34,739 nucleotides of DNA from Bacilli bacterium (GTDB lineage: Bacteria; Bacillota_I; Bacilli_A; RFN20; CAG-288). The notes under the pieces were generated by a model. It was not told the DNA's origin. It did no database searches and saw only the letters and a program-made list of their open reading frames with translations. The position numbers were made by a program, and so were the translations under genes. The DNA lies in the NCBI GenBank assembly GCA_900763245.1, contig CAAFJQ010000049.1:1-34739 (forward strand), written 5' to 3'. Shown here piece after piece: positions 8,459-16,365 of the stretch (position 1 is the stretch's first letter; the number at the start of each line of letters is the position of its first letter).

Positions 8459-8979
8459 AAAAGATCACAACAAAAAAGCTAGTCACGCTAGCTCTTCTCA
8501 TCGCCATATCCTTCTCCCTTCATTACATCGATTCTCTTATTCCAAGCATCATACCGATACCTGGTTTCCGTCTTGGACTGAGCAACCTGATCACGCTCTT
8601 TGCCCTGTACTATTTCGGATGTTTTTCTTTTGTTTTTGTCGTGTTATCGAAAACCCTTCTCGTTGCAACATTGACTTCAGGCTTTGGAATCACATTCTTA
8701 ATGTCACTTTCAGGAAGTGTCATATCGATGCTTGTTTCCATCCTTCTTTACAAAGCATTCAAGCCATCCATCTATACCGTATCAATCTATTCAAGCGTCT
8801 TCCACACATTAGGTCAGCTTCTTGTCTATGCTCTTTTCTTCTCCTCTTTCTACATCTTCTTATACTTACTGTACTTAGGGCCTATCAGCATACTGACAGG
8901 ATACCTCATTGCACTTTTAGATAAGATTCTGATCAATAGACTTCCTGCTTCTTTGAAGATAGAAGAAAGAAGAAGATAA
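8455..8979 (+). CDS. Gx transporter family protein (heptaprenyl diphosphate synthase component I-like membrane protein)
   Basis: 174-aa polytopic ORF. Its start, KKLVTLALLIAISFSLHYIDSLIPSIIPIPGFRLGLSNLITLFALYYFG, is typical of the family. It is translationally coupled to the NusG_II gene. Confidence 0.7.
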   Translation: MKKITTKKLVTLALLIAISFSLHYIDSLIPSIIPIPGFRLGLSNLITLFALYYFGCFSFVFVVLSKTLLVATLTSGFGITFLMSLSGSVISMLVSILLYKAFKPSIYTVSIYSSVFHTLGQLLVYALFFSSFYIFLYLLYLGPISILTGYLIALLDKILINRLPASLKIEERRR

Positions 8980-9810
8980 CTAGATCATATTCGCTTTGAC
9001 AAAAGCGATTTCTTCTTTATAACCTTCATCCTCATTCGGTGTTTCCAGAATAAAAGGAAGCCCTTGAAGTTTAGGGTGTTGTATGATTCTCAAAATGGCC
9101 TCTTTTTTAAGATTTCCATATCCTAATCTTTCATGTCTGTCTTTGTGGGAAGACAAAACATTTTTTGTATCATTGAGGTGAATCGCTTTTAGTCTATCAA
9201 GCCCGATGATTCTATTAAATTCATCAAGAACATCATCAAGATGATCTTTGATATCATATCCGCTGTCAAAGACATGGCAGGTGTCAAGACAGACACCGAG
9301 CTTTTCATTGTCTTTCACTTTGTCAATGATTGCTTTCAGCTCTTGAAACTTTGATCCGACTTCACTTCCTTTACCTGCCATCGTCTCCAACAATACTGTT
9401 GTCTTATCCGCATAAGGGAGAGCTTCATTCAAAGCATAAGCAATCTCATCGATTGCTGTTGTCAAAGGCTGAGAAAGGCGGCTTCCCGGATGGAAGTTAA
9501 GGTAATTGGAAGGAAGCTCATTCATCAGAAGAATATCTTCTTTCAGAATTCGCAAAGACACTTCTCTCAGGTCCTCTTTCTCCGAGCAAAGATTGATCGT
9601 ATAAGGCATATGGGCAACAAGAGGTCCGAAGTTCTCTTCTTTCAGGCGCAAAGCAAGACGTCTGACATCTTCCATAGATACTTTTCTGTCCTTGAAAGAT
9701 CGAGGATTGCGGGTAAAGAAAGCAAACGTGTTTCCGCCTAGTTCCTTCTCCTTCTCTAACATTCCTTCATATCCTAACGATATGGATACATGGTTACCAA
9801 TATAAATCAT
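8980..9810 (-). CDS. nfo: Deoxyribonuclease IV (endonuclease IV)
   Basis: 276-aa ORF. MIYIGNHVSIS..., LETMAGKGSEVG, GVCLDTCHVFDSGYD and IHLNDTKNVLSSHKDRHERLGYG are the metal-binding motifs of the Nfo/AP endonuclease 2 family. SD AGGAG lies upstream. Confidence 0.9.
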   Translation of the reverse strand: MIYIGNHVSISLGYEGMLEKEKELGGNTFAFFTRNPRSFKDRKVSMEDVRRLALRLKEENFGPLVAHMPYTINLCSEKEDLREVSLRILKEDILLMNELPSNYLNFHPGSRLSQPLTTAIDEIAYALNEALPYADKTTVLLETMAGKGSEVGSKFQELKAIIDKVKDNEKLGVCLDTCHVFDSGYDIKDHLDDVLDEFNRIIGLDRLKAIHLNDTKNVLSSHKDRHERLGYGNLKKEAILRIIQHPKLQGLPFILETPNEDEGYKEEIAFVKANMI

Positions 9811-9820
9811 AAACGCTCCT

Positions 9821-9855
9821 AATTAAAATCAGGAAGAGTATAACCTCTTCCTGAT
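9821..9855 (-). terminator. Hairpin terminator or attenuator between the SDR gene and nfo
   Basis: A perfect 11-bp stem, ATCAGGAAGAG (9828-9838) with CTCTTCCTGAT (9845-9855), has a 6-nt loop. On the - strand only TTTAATT follows, and then the nfo SD, so termination may be partial. Confidence 0.55.
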
Positions 9856-9874
9856 AATCGATAAAGCTATTTGC

Positions 9875-10675
9875 TTATGGACGAAGTCCTAAACCGCCTT
9901 CAAGCGTCAAAGTCTCACCGGTGAGATATTTGAAATCAGGGGTGGAGATCATGACACAGACTCTTCCGATCTCAGTTTCGGAATCACCGAAATGGCCCAT
10001 CGGAGGAACGTGTACATTTGCCTTATAAGCTTCAGGATATGCTTTTTCAAAGTTTTCCAACTGACTGGTCCAGGCTAACGGACAGATAACATTGACATTG
10101 ATGCCATCCTTTGCCCATTCAGTAGCAGCAACGCGAGAGAGACCACGGATACCTTCCTTGGCTGCAGCATAGGAGCACTGACCATAATTGCCGAAGAGAC
10201 CGGCACCGCTGGCGAAGTTGATGACGCTGCCTTTTGTTTCCTTCAAGTAAGGATAGCAGGCCTTCATATAATAGAAAGCGGCATAAAGTCCAGAATACAT
10301 GGCAAGATTGAACTGCTCTGTTGTCTGTGTGGCAAGCGGAACACCGGAGGCGCTGGCCTGAGCATTGTTGATGAGAACATCGATTCTTCCGAATTTCTCG
10401 ATTGTTTTCTCAACGACGCTTTTCACCATGGCTTCATTGTCATTATTTTCACTGACATCGGCCTGAAGGATCAAGACAGAGACATGATACTTCTCTTCCA
10501 ACTCTTTCTTGGCTCCTTCGAGCTTGGAAAGATTTCTTCCGGTGATGACAAGATTAGCACCTTCTTTTGCAAAAGCAGTTGCAATGCCATAACCGATAGA
10601 GCCGCATCTTCCATCGCTTAAAACCGCACGACCGGCATCAGTCGCAAGAACTATTTTACCTTTGAATAAATCCAT
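9875..10675 (-). CDS. SDR-family oxidoreductase (classical Ser-Tyr-Lys short-chain dehydrogenase) of unknown substrate
   Basis: 266-aa ORF. The catalytic arrangement is NFASGAGLFGNYGQCSYAAAKEG (S-x12-Y-x3-K), plus NNAQ. The N-terminal dinucleotide-binding region is atypical, with an insertion (ATDAGRAVLSDGRCGSIGYGIATAFAKEGA). Confidence 0.8.
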   Translation of the reverse strand: MDLFKGKIVLATDAGRAVLSDGRCGSIGYGIATAFAKEGANLVITGRNLSKLEGAKKELEEKYHVSVLILQADVSENNDNEAMVKSVVEKTIEKFGRIDVLINNAQASASGVPLATQTTEQFNLAMYSGLYAAFYYMKACYPYLKETKGSVINFASGAGLFGNYGQCSYAAAKEGIRGLSRVAATEWAKDGINVNVICPLAWTSQLENFEKAYPEAYKANVHVPPMGHFGDSETEIGRVCVMISTPDFKYLTGETLTLEGGLGLRP

Positions 10676-10696
10676 ATTTTTTACCTCTTGAATAGG

Positions 10697-10725
10697 ATTA
10701 TAATCATTTGTAAGCGCTTTGTCAC
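10697..10725 (-). promoter_or_regulatory. Sigma-A type promoter for the SDR gene
   Basis: The - strand reads GTGACA-N17-TATAAT (-35 at 10720-10725, -10 at 10697-10702). The SD AGAGG and the ATG at 10675 follow. Confidence 0.55.
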
Positions 10726-10816
10726 TTGATTTTAGACATTTTTCATGCGATTTTTGAAGCCTATGATGTTTTCTTGGATAATTAGAGAATTTTTCTTCTT
10801 TTGATTTTGAACATTA

Positions 10817-11797
10817 TCAGTTCTGCCACCTGACTTCGCCTTGCTGAATTACAGGAAAACGAATCAAAGACTCTCCGTCTAAGTTCTCTTTATTCATATC
10901 GACCGCTGTGATTTGATGATTGTTATAGGTCGTATAGTAATAGATACCTTTTGTTAGATTGCAGCAGGAGGTATAGATTGTGATTTCATATTCATCATCT
11001 CTTACAAGACAGCATCCTTTCTGTTGATCGACAGAGCCTAGGATATGGAAAAACTGAGAAACGCTGTCTTTCTCGTCACTTTTGGAAACAGAATTCAGTT
11101 TTGTAAATGCGACTTTCACGAATCTGGATTGGCTGGATAAGTCTCCAGGAATCCCTAATCCACCCATTCCACGAGAATAGGAATCTAGCTTCAGGACATC
11201 AGCAAAGGTATTCTCAGGCTGTTTTCTTGAAACGGACGGATAATTGTTCAATGCGAACATCTGAAGAGGAAAGGGAGGATTGTTTGTCATCACACCGACA
11301 GGATTATCATAGACATGCATTCCGTCCTTCATCGATTCAATGACGATACATTCATCCTTATCCGCGACAATCCAGTGAAGCTGTGCACTAGGGAGCTTAT
11401 TGTTATAGGGTGTATTGACAAGGATCATCTTTTTAAGCAGTTCTTTAGCCTCTTTTACAGATGAGCACTGACTTAAGATATAAGGAATGAATTCAAACTG
11501 GGCGACTTGAACTTTATCGGATTTTTCATCATAATCCTGATAATACGCGTTGGAGTCAAAATTCAGACCTGCCATTCCTAATCCCTTTTCATTGATGGCA
11601 TCATAGTAAAGCGGAAAGCCATCGACGACAAAAGCCATTCCGATAAGCGCATAATGGCTTTTCAGCTCTTTTGAATGTCTGAAAACAAAGGGATGATTTC
11701 TTGGAGTAATTGTAATTTCTTCCCCATAGGAAAACTCATAATCAAGCGTCCTTCCGAAATAAAAGTCTTTGGTTTTATAAGTTGCTGCAGTACACAT
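10817..11797 (-). CDS. bsh: Choloylglycine hydrolase / bile salt hydrolase (Ntn hydrolase, C59 family)
   Basis: 326-aa ORF beginning MCTAATYKTKDFYFGRTLDYE, with the nucleophile Cys at position 2. NEKGLGMAGLNF and the overall length also fit BSH/penicillin V acylase. SD AGGAGG. The start lies 15 nt after the cls stop. Confidence 0.85.
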   Translation of the reverse strand: MCTAATYKTKDFYFGRTLDYEFSYGEEITITPRNHPFVFRHSKELKSHYALIGMAFVVDGFPLYYDAINEKGLGMAGLNFDSNAYYQDYDEKSDKVQVAQFEFIPYILSQCSSVKEAKELLKKMILVNTPYNNKLPSAQLHWIVADKDECIVIESMKDGMHVYDNPVGVMTNNPPFPLQMFALNNYPSVSRKQPENTFADVLKLDSYSRGMGGLGIPGDLSSQSRFVKVAFTKLNSVSKSDEKDSVSQFFHILGSVDQQKGCCLVRDDEYEITIYTSCCNLTKGIYYYTTYNNHQITAVDMNKENLDGESLIRFPVIQQGEVRWQN

Positions 11798-11812
11798 AAC
11801 GATTCATCCTCC

Positions 11813-13375
11813 TTAAAGCAATCCTGCAAATAGTCTCATAAAGAGCTGTCCCAATCTTAGATATGCGCTTCTTCCCGTCTTATATTTTTCACTGACTTCT
11901 CTGCTTTGGCCCATCGTCTTCTCCAAATCTTCTCTGATAGACAAGACAGCTGGGTTGTCGACCAGATAGCATCCGTTTTCAAAATGATGATAAAGGCTTC
12001 GATAATCAAGATTGATTGTTCCTATTGTTGCCATGCAGTCATCAGCAACACTCATCTTGGCATGGCAGAACCCTGGTGTCCACTCATAGATTCTGACACC
12101 ATTCTTCACTAATTCATGATAGAAAGATCTTGTCACCTGATAGATCATCTTCTTATCCGGTATGCCTGGTGTGATGATTCTGACATCGACACCTCTTTTT
12201 GCAGCAAGAGACAAAGCATGAGTCATCTCATCTGTGATGATGAGATAAGGGGTCATAAAATAGCAGTATTTTTCAGCCTTGTTTGCCATGCTGATATAAA
12301 CCTCTTCTCCGACCTGCTCTCCGTTCATCGGACCATCCGCATAAGGCTGAATATATCCTTTCTGCATCGAATGATAATCAGACTTGATCAGATACTGCAA
12401 AAAATCCGTATCATTTTCTTCTTTCTTTTTGACCGCATTCCACATCTCAAGGAAGGTAACAGTCAAAGAGAGGACTGCATCTCCTTCCAGTCTGATACCG
12501 GTATCCTTCCATTCTCCGTAAGGATGCGTATAGTTGAAATATTCGTTTGCAAGATTATATCCGCCTGTGAATCCTACCTTTCCGTCGATGACGGTGATTT
12601 TGCGGTGGTCTCGATTGTTCAGGAATACATTAAGGCCTGGCATAAAAGGATTGAACACTCTGCATTTTATTCCAAGTTTCTGAAGTTTTTTCACAAAATC
12701 TGTATTGATGAAACCGATAGAACCCATATCATCATAGAAGACTCTAACTTCTACTCCTTTTTTAACACGTTCAACCAACACATCCTGAATTCTTTTCCAC
12801 GCCTTATTGTCTTCGATTGCATGGTATTCCATAAAGATGAACTTCTCTGCTTTTGATAGATCAAGAAGCTGGGCTTCTAAACCTCTTACCGCTTCATCGT
12901 AATAGGTGATATCCGTGTTCTGATAAACCGGATATTTTGCATTGTTTGCAAGATAGGAGGAAATACTTCCGGTTTTCGGAAGTGTTTCCTTAATCTCATT
13001 CAGAGCATCTTTGTTTTCAGGAAGAAGCGGAAGAAGTTTTTCATCGATATCCTTATATCTCTTTTTCATCACATAGGTACTTCCGTTAAGGCCGATAAGA
13101 AGATATAAGGCAAGGCCCATAATCGGGAAGATGAGCATCAGAATGACCCATGGCATCTTCATCGTCGATGGCTTGTTTTTCGAATAAAGGATAAGAGCGA
13201 TGATACCCGCTAAGATACGTGTTGCAATATTCAAATATTCCACATAGTCATTGAGCCATAAGACAGCAAGGACAATGCTGATGACTTCTAGTAGAATACA
13301 GAAGAGACAGAAGCAGAGACGAAGCACACCGTTTCTTGTCTTTGCTTTTCCTTCTAAAGTGCTTTTCTTTTTCAT
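11813..13375 (-). CDS. cls: Cardiolipin synthase
   Basis: There are two HKD motifs (NNRDHRKITVIDGKVGFTGGYN and HAKMSVADDCMATIGTINLDYRS) and two N-terminal TM helices. I chose the start at ATG 13375 (MKKKSTLEG...) because SD AGGAGA lies 6 nt upstream. The longer ORF extending to 13456 has no SD. Confidence 0.9.
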   Translation of the reverse strand: MKKKSTLEGKAKTRNGVLRLCFCLFCILLEVISIVLAVLWLNDYVEYLNIATRILAGIIALILYSKNKPSTMKMPWVILMLIFPIMGLALYLLIGLNGSTYVMKKRYKDIDEKLLPLLPENKDALNEIKETLPKTGSISSYLANNAKYPVYQNTDITYYDEAVRGLEAQLLDLSKAEKFIFMEYHAIEDNKAWKRIQDVLVERVKKGVEVRVFYDDMGSIGFINTDFVKKLQKLGIKCRVFNPFMPGLNVFLNNRDHRKITVIDGKVGFTGGYNLANEYFNYTHPYGEWKDTGIRLEGDAVLSLTVTFLEMWNAVKKKEENDTDFLQYLIKSDYHSMQKGYIQPYADGPMNGEQVGEEVYISMANKAEKYCYFMTPYLIITDEMTHALSLAAKRGVDVRIITPGIPDKKMIYQVTRSFYHELVKNGVRIYEWTPGFCHAKMSVADDCMATIGTINLDYRSLYHHFENGCYLVDNPAVLSIREDLEKTMGQSREVSEKYKTGRSAYLRLGQLFMRLFAGLL

Positions 13376-13560
13376 CTCGTTTCTCCTATTTTTATATTGC
13401 TTTCCAATATTATATTTCATCGCAGCAAAAATCATATAGCATAATTTTAAAACCAACTACAAAACAATGGAAAACGTAATCGATTTTTTCCATAGGAGAG
13501 TTCAGATTTCTCTTTTTGCATCTCATACCCAATCAATATCCGAAAACTGTATTCAGGCAC

Positions 13561-13585
13561 AAAAAAACCTGACATTTCTGCCAGG
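13561..13585 (-). terminator. Rho-independent terminator of tRNA-Ser
   Basis: The - strand reads CCTGGCA-GAAA-TGTCAGG followed by TTTTTTT, starting 13 nt after the tRNA CCA end. Confidence 0.75.
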
Positions 13586-13597
13586 TAATTTTTTAGA

Positions 13598-13688
13598 TGG
13601 CGGAGCGAAAGAGATTTGAACTCTTGCACGGTTTTACCCGTCTATGAGCTTTCCAAGCCCACCTCTTCAGCCTCTTGAGTATCGCTCC
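13598..13688 (-). tRNA. tRNA-Ser (anticodon GGA), type II with a long variable arm and encoded CCA
   Basis: The manual cloverleaf has acceptor GGAGCGA/TCGCTCC and a 3-bp D stem (CTC/GAG). The anticodon stem is TGGGC/GCTCA with loop TTGGAAA (U33, anticodon GGA, A37). The variable arm is ACGG-GTAAAA-CCGT. The T arm is AAGAG-TTCAAAT-CTCTT, with discriminator G and CCA. Length is 91 nt. Confidence 0.9.
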
Positions 13689-13718
13689 ATTTGCAGTTCC
13701 GTTTTAACGGCAAGATAT

Positions 13719-13746
13719 ATTCTATAAAATTTTCAGCCTTTGTCAA
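13719..13746 (-). promoter_or_regulatory. Sigma-A promoter of tRNA-Ser
   Basis: The - strand reads TTGACA (13741-13746)-N16-TAGAAT (13719-13724), about 30 nt upstream of the mature tRNA 5' end. Confidence 0.65.
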
Positions 13747-13783
13747 GAAAAATCATCTCATATCTTAAAACTAACGCTGAAAA

Positions 13784-13792
13784 TGGTATAAT
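13784..13792 (+). promoter_or_regulatory. Extended -10 promoter (TGGTATAAT) 6 nt upstream of the ATG at 13799, candidate leaderless promoter
   Basis: AAATGGTATAATTTTAGTATG. There is no SD. TTAAAA lies 16 nt upstream as a weak -35. Confidence 0.55.
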
Positions 13793-13798
13793 TTTAGT

Positions 13799-14773
13799 AT
13801 GATTTACACAATAACCAATAAAGATTGCAATCAACGCATCGACAAATTCCTAAAAAGGATGCTAAAAGACGCTCCAGTTTCTTTTTTATACAAGATGTTC
13901 AGACAGAAAGATGTCAAAGTCAACGGAAAGAAAGCAAACATCGACTATATCCTGAAGGAAGGAGATGTTGTTGACATCTATCTGAAAGAAGATCTTCTCA
14001 ACCAGTTCCACAAGGAAGCTCTTTTGAGACCTGTCAAAGCAGATTTTCCGATTCTCTATGAGGATGACAACATCCTTGTCATCGATAAACCGAAAGGCCT
14101 TCTTGTCCACGGCGATGAAGGCGAGAAAAGAATCACCTTGCAAAACATGGTCCTCAACTATCTCAAAGACAAAAGAGAGTGGGCCCCTGATTCCTTGACC
14201 GGATTCATCCCTTCACCTGCTCATCGACTGGATAGAAACACTTCTGGTATTGTCATATTTGGAAAGAACCTTCCTGCACTTCAGGAACTTCTCACTCTTT
14301 TCAGAGAGCGCACACAGATTGAAAAGCGATATACCCTTTTAGTCAGAGGAACCACCTCCGAAAGAGGAGAGATCAATTATCCGCTCATCAAGGACAGCAA
14401 TAAGAAGATGGTCAAGGTCGGAACGATTCAGAAAGGTGCAAAGCCTGCTCTTACCCGTTTCCACCGCATCAAGTCCTATACCTGCGGATTCTCTTTGGTC
14501 GAAGCCGAACTTCTCACAGGAAGAACGCATCAGCTCCGCGTCCACTTTGCAGCCATCGGTCATCCTATCGTCGGAGACAGCAAATACGGCGACTTCAAAG
14601 TCAACGAGAATTTCGAAAAACTGTACGGCCTGAAGAACCAGTTCCTTCACGCCTCTTATTTCAAGTTCGATAAGATCGACGGTGTCTTATCTTACCTCTC
14701 CGGAAAAGAATTCAACTCTTCTCTTCCTGAAAAGGAACAGAAGATCCTTTCTTCGATTGCAAGGATTCAATAA
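13799..14773 (+). CDS. RluA-family 23S rRNA pseudouridine synthase (RluC/RluD-like) with an N-terminal S4 domain
   Basis: 324-aa ORF. It has an S4-like N-terminus (RIDKFLKRML...FRQKDVKVNGKK), the catalytic motif HRLDRNTSG, and GRTHQLRVH. Confidence 0.9.
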   Translation: MIYTITNKDCNQRIDKFLKRMLKDAPVSFLYKMFRQKDVKVNGKKANIDYILKEGDVVDIYLKEDLLNQFHKEALLRPVKADFPILYEDDNILVIDKPKGLLVHGDEGEKRITLQNMVLNYLKDKREWAPDSLTGFIPSPAHRLDRNTSGIVIFGKNLPALQELLTLFRERTQIEKRYTLLVRGTTSERGEINYPLIKDSNKKMVKVGTIQKGAKPALTRFHRIKSYTCGFSLVEAELLTGRTHQLRVHFAAIGHPIVGDSKYGDFKVNENFEKLYGLKNQFLHASYFKFDKIDGVLSYLSGKEFNSSLPEKEQKILSSIARIQ

Positions 14774-14774
14774 C

Positions 14775-15290
14775 ATGAGCCTTTCGATTCTGCTTTTGAT
14801 TCTTATCCCTGTTTTCCTCATTCCTGCCGTGCTTCTATCCAAGAACCGATTGCAGTTTTATCTTTTATGCGCTTTTCCTTCTGCTATTCTCATCCTTCTA
14901 TTGTTCTTCATCGATCTCTCCCTGCCTTTTCTTTCTCTGAACGAAAAGATCGGAGAGGCATTCCTTCCCATGTGGCACTGGTTATATGAAGGCCATAGCG
15001 AACTCAACAACAAGGAAATCATTCATCTATCCTGTTCTTTCACTTATCTCTTCTTTTATTTTATCTGTTATATACTCTTCTATATTCCGCTGAAGTTTGT
15101 CTTTATCGGAAGCAACCCTAACATCCATAAACCGATCAAGACCGTCACTAGAATCATCTACATCATCTTCTTCATGCTTTCCACCTATGGTGTCGCCTTT
15201 GTATTCCTAGCGCAGATCCGTCAGATTCTTCCTTTTCCGGACGGTTTCTTATCGTTCTTTTTCAACCTTCTTTATCAGATAGAGGTATAG
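14775..15290 (+). CDS. Hypothetical polytopic membrane protein (about 4 TM)
   Basis: ATG 14775 lies 1 nt after the rlu stop, with AAGGAT 8 nt upstream. The part of the ORF-track entry before 14775 overlaps rlu and is not needed. The 171-aa product is very hydrophobic, and I recognised no family motif. Confidence 0.6.
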   Translation: MSLSILLLILIPVFLIPAVLLSKNRLQFYLLCAFPSAILILLLFFIDLSLPFLSLNEKIGEAFLPMWHWLYEGHSELNNKEIIHLSCSFTYLFFYFICYILFYIPLKFVFIGSNPNIHKPIKTVTRIIYIIFFMLSTYGVAFVFLAQIRQILPFPDGFLSFFFNLLYQIEV

Positions 15291-15291
15291 C

Positions 15292-16362
15292 ATGGAAGAC
15301 TATCTCAAGTTTTATTTCTTAGCGGAAGAGAGCGGCTGGGACTGCACCAGCTACGCTTTTGCGTATCGAAACAAACTTCTCTCTTCCGGTACCTATCAAG
15401 TCGTCTCCATCAATGTCATGAGCGCAAAGAAGCATCTCGGAGAAAAGGCACAGCAGATCTGTGAGACTTTTGCCTCTTTGGATAAAGATGCAAAAACACT
15501 GAAAGATGTCTTCATTTTAGAAAACACATTGAACTATCTCGCTTTGAACTCCTTCCCGGAATATTACCTCAACCCCTTGGCCATCAATCCGCGATACAGC
15601 GGTGATGTCACAACAATCGGTGACCTCATCTTCGATATTCAGGGCCAGGAAAAGAGTCTCAACGAATGGATCGTGGACCAAAGCGTTCCCTTAGAGACAA
15701 AGAAGGAAGAGATTTCCGATCAGCTTGACTATTACCTCAACGACATGAACAGATTAGTCACAAAGTCCATGAGCATCATCAAAAACAGAGCTTTCTCAAC
15801 AGGAGACAACAAAAAGCAGACCATCAAGAAGACAGTAGAAGGCATCTTCTTTGTTCTTCTTCACATTGCTTTATTTACAATCCTGCTTTACCCCTTTGAG
15901 GAATTCCAGGCTTGTCTTTATGTACTTGATCCTGGCAAAGTCATGACTTACATCTGGTTTCTATTCCCGCTCTCAGTCTTTTTCTTCGATATTGCATTTA
16001 TGCTTTTCCACAGCTATAAGGCAAGAATTTCCGAGCCTTATAACTATGCCAGAAGATTTTTGAAAAAAAACGTCAGCAAAGTCTACGAGGATATCAAAGA
16101 CAGAAGAGATGAACTATATGACTACATCTGCGGCGCCATCAACAATCACATTCTCTTAAAGAACGATATTACAGATTTTTCAAAGCTATCTTCTAGCTAT
16201 GTCGATATTGAGAAAGTCATCTCTGTTGACGAACTGCAAGAAAAGAAAACCTACCAGTTTTTCCATTTCCTTCTCTTCCTCTTTGGAACCCTTGCTTATA
16301 TGATGGCCGCATTCACAATCATCATCTATGTCATCGGCATGGTATTCAGAACATCGATTTAA
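15292..16362 (+). CDS. Hypothetical membrane protein (soluble N-domain, two central TM helices, soluble linker, C-terminal TM)
   Basis: 356-aa ORF starting 1 nt after the previous stop, with SD AGAGG. The TM segments are GIFFVLLHIALFTILLY, MTYIWFLFPLSVFFFDIAFMLF and FFHFLLFLFGTLAYMMAAFTIIIYVIGMVF. I recognised no family. Confidence 0.6.
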   Translation: MEDYLKFYFLAEESGWDCTSYAFAYRNKLLSSGTYQVVSINVMSAKKHLGEKAQQICETFASLDKDAKTLKDVFILENTLNYLALNSFPEYYLNPLAINPRYSGDVTTIGDLIFDIQGQEKSLNEWIVDQSVPLETKKEEISDQLDYYLNDMNRLVTKSMSIIKNRAFSTGDNKKQTIKKTVEGIFFVLLHIALFTILLYPFEEFQACLYVLDPGKVMTYIWFLFPLSVFFFDIAFMLFHSYKARISEPYNYARRFLKKNVSKVYEDIKDRRDELYDYICGAINNHILLKNDITDFSKLSSSYVDIEKVISVDELQEKKTYQFFHFLLFLFGTLAYMMAAFTIIIYVIGMVFRTSI

Positions 16363-16365
16363 ATT

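Noticed and set aside
8424-8924. A 166-aa ORF in an alternative + frame over the Gx transporter gene
   Set aside because: It runs out of frame through a gene with a clear family match and translational coupling. Its product is His/Cys/Arg-rich with no motif.
12116-12856. A 246-aa ORF on the + strand inside the cls region
   Set aside because: It lies entirely antisense to a cardiolipin synthase ORF with clear HKD motifs. Its product is low-complexity and Ile/Phe/Arg-rich, with no SD or motif. It is a typical shadow ORF.
13376-13456. A 27-codon N-terminal extension of cls from the longest-ORF call
   Set aside because: There is no SD in front of the ATG at 13456, whereas the ATG at 13375 has AGGAGA at optimal spacing. 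The extension also adds no TM or conserved sequence.
13447-13629. A 60-aa - strand ORF between cls and rlu
   Set aside because: It overlaps the tRNA-Ser gene and its terminator. The tRNA cloverleaf explains the sequence much better.
13561-13800. The tRNA-Ser flank as an integration hotspot carrying a mobile element
   Set aside because: Both flanks go straight into housekeeping genes (cls, rlu). There is no integrase, no duplicated tRNA 3' end and no extra DNA.
14682-14774. The upstream part of the ORF-track entry 14682-15290
   Set aside because: It overlaps the 3' end of the pseudouridine synthase gene in another frame. The ATG at 14775, just after the rlu stop, gives a sensible membrane-protein N-terminus.
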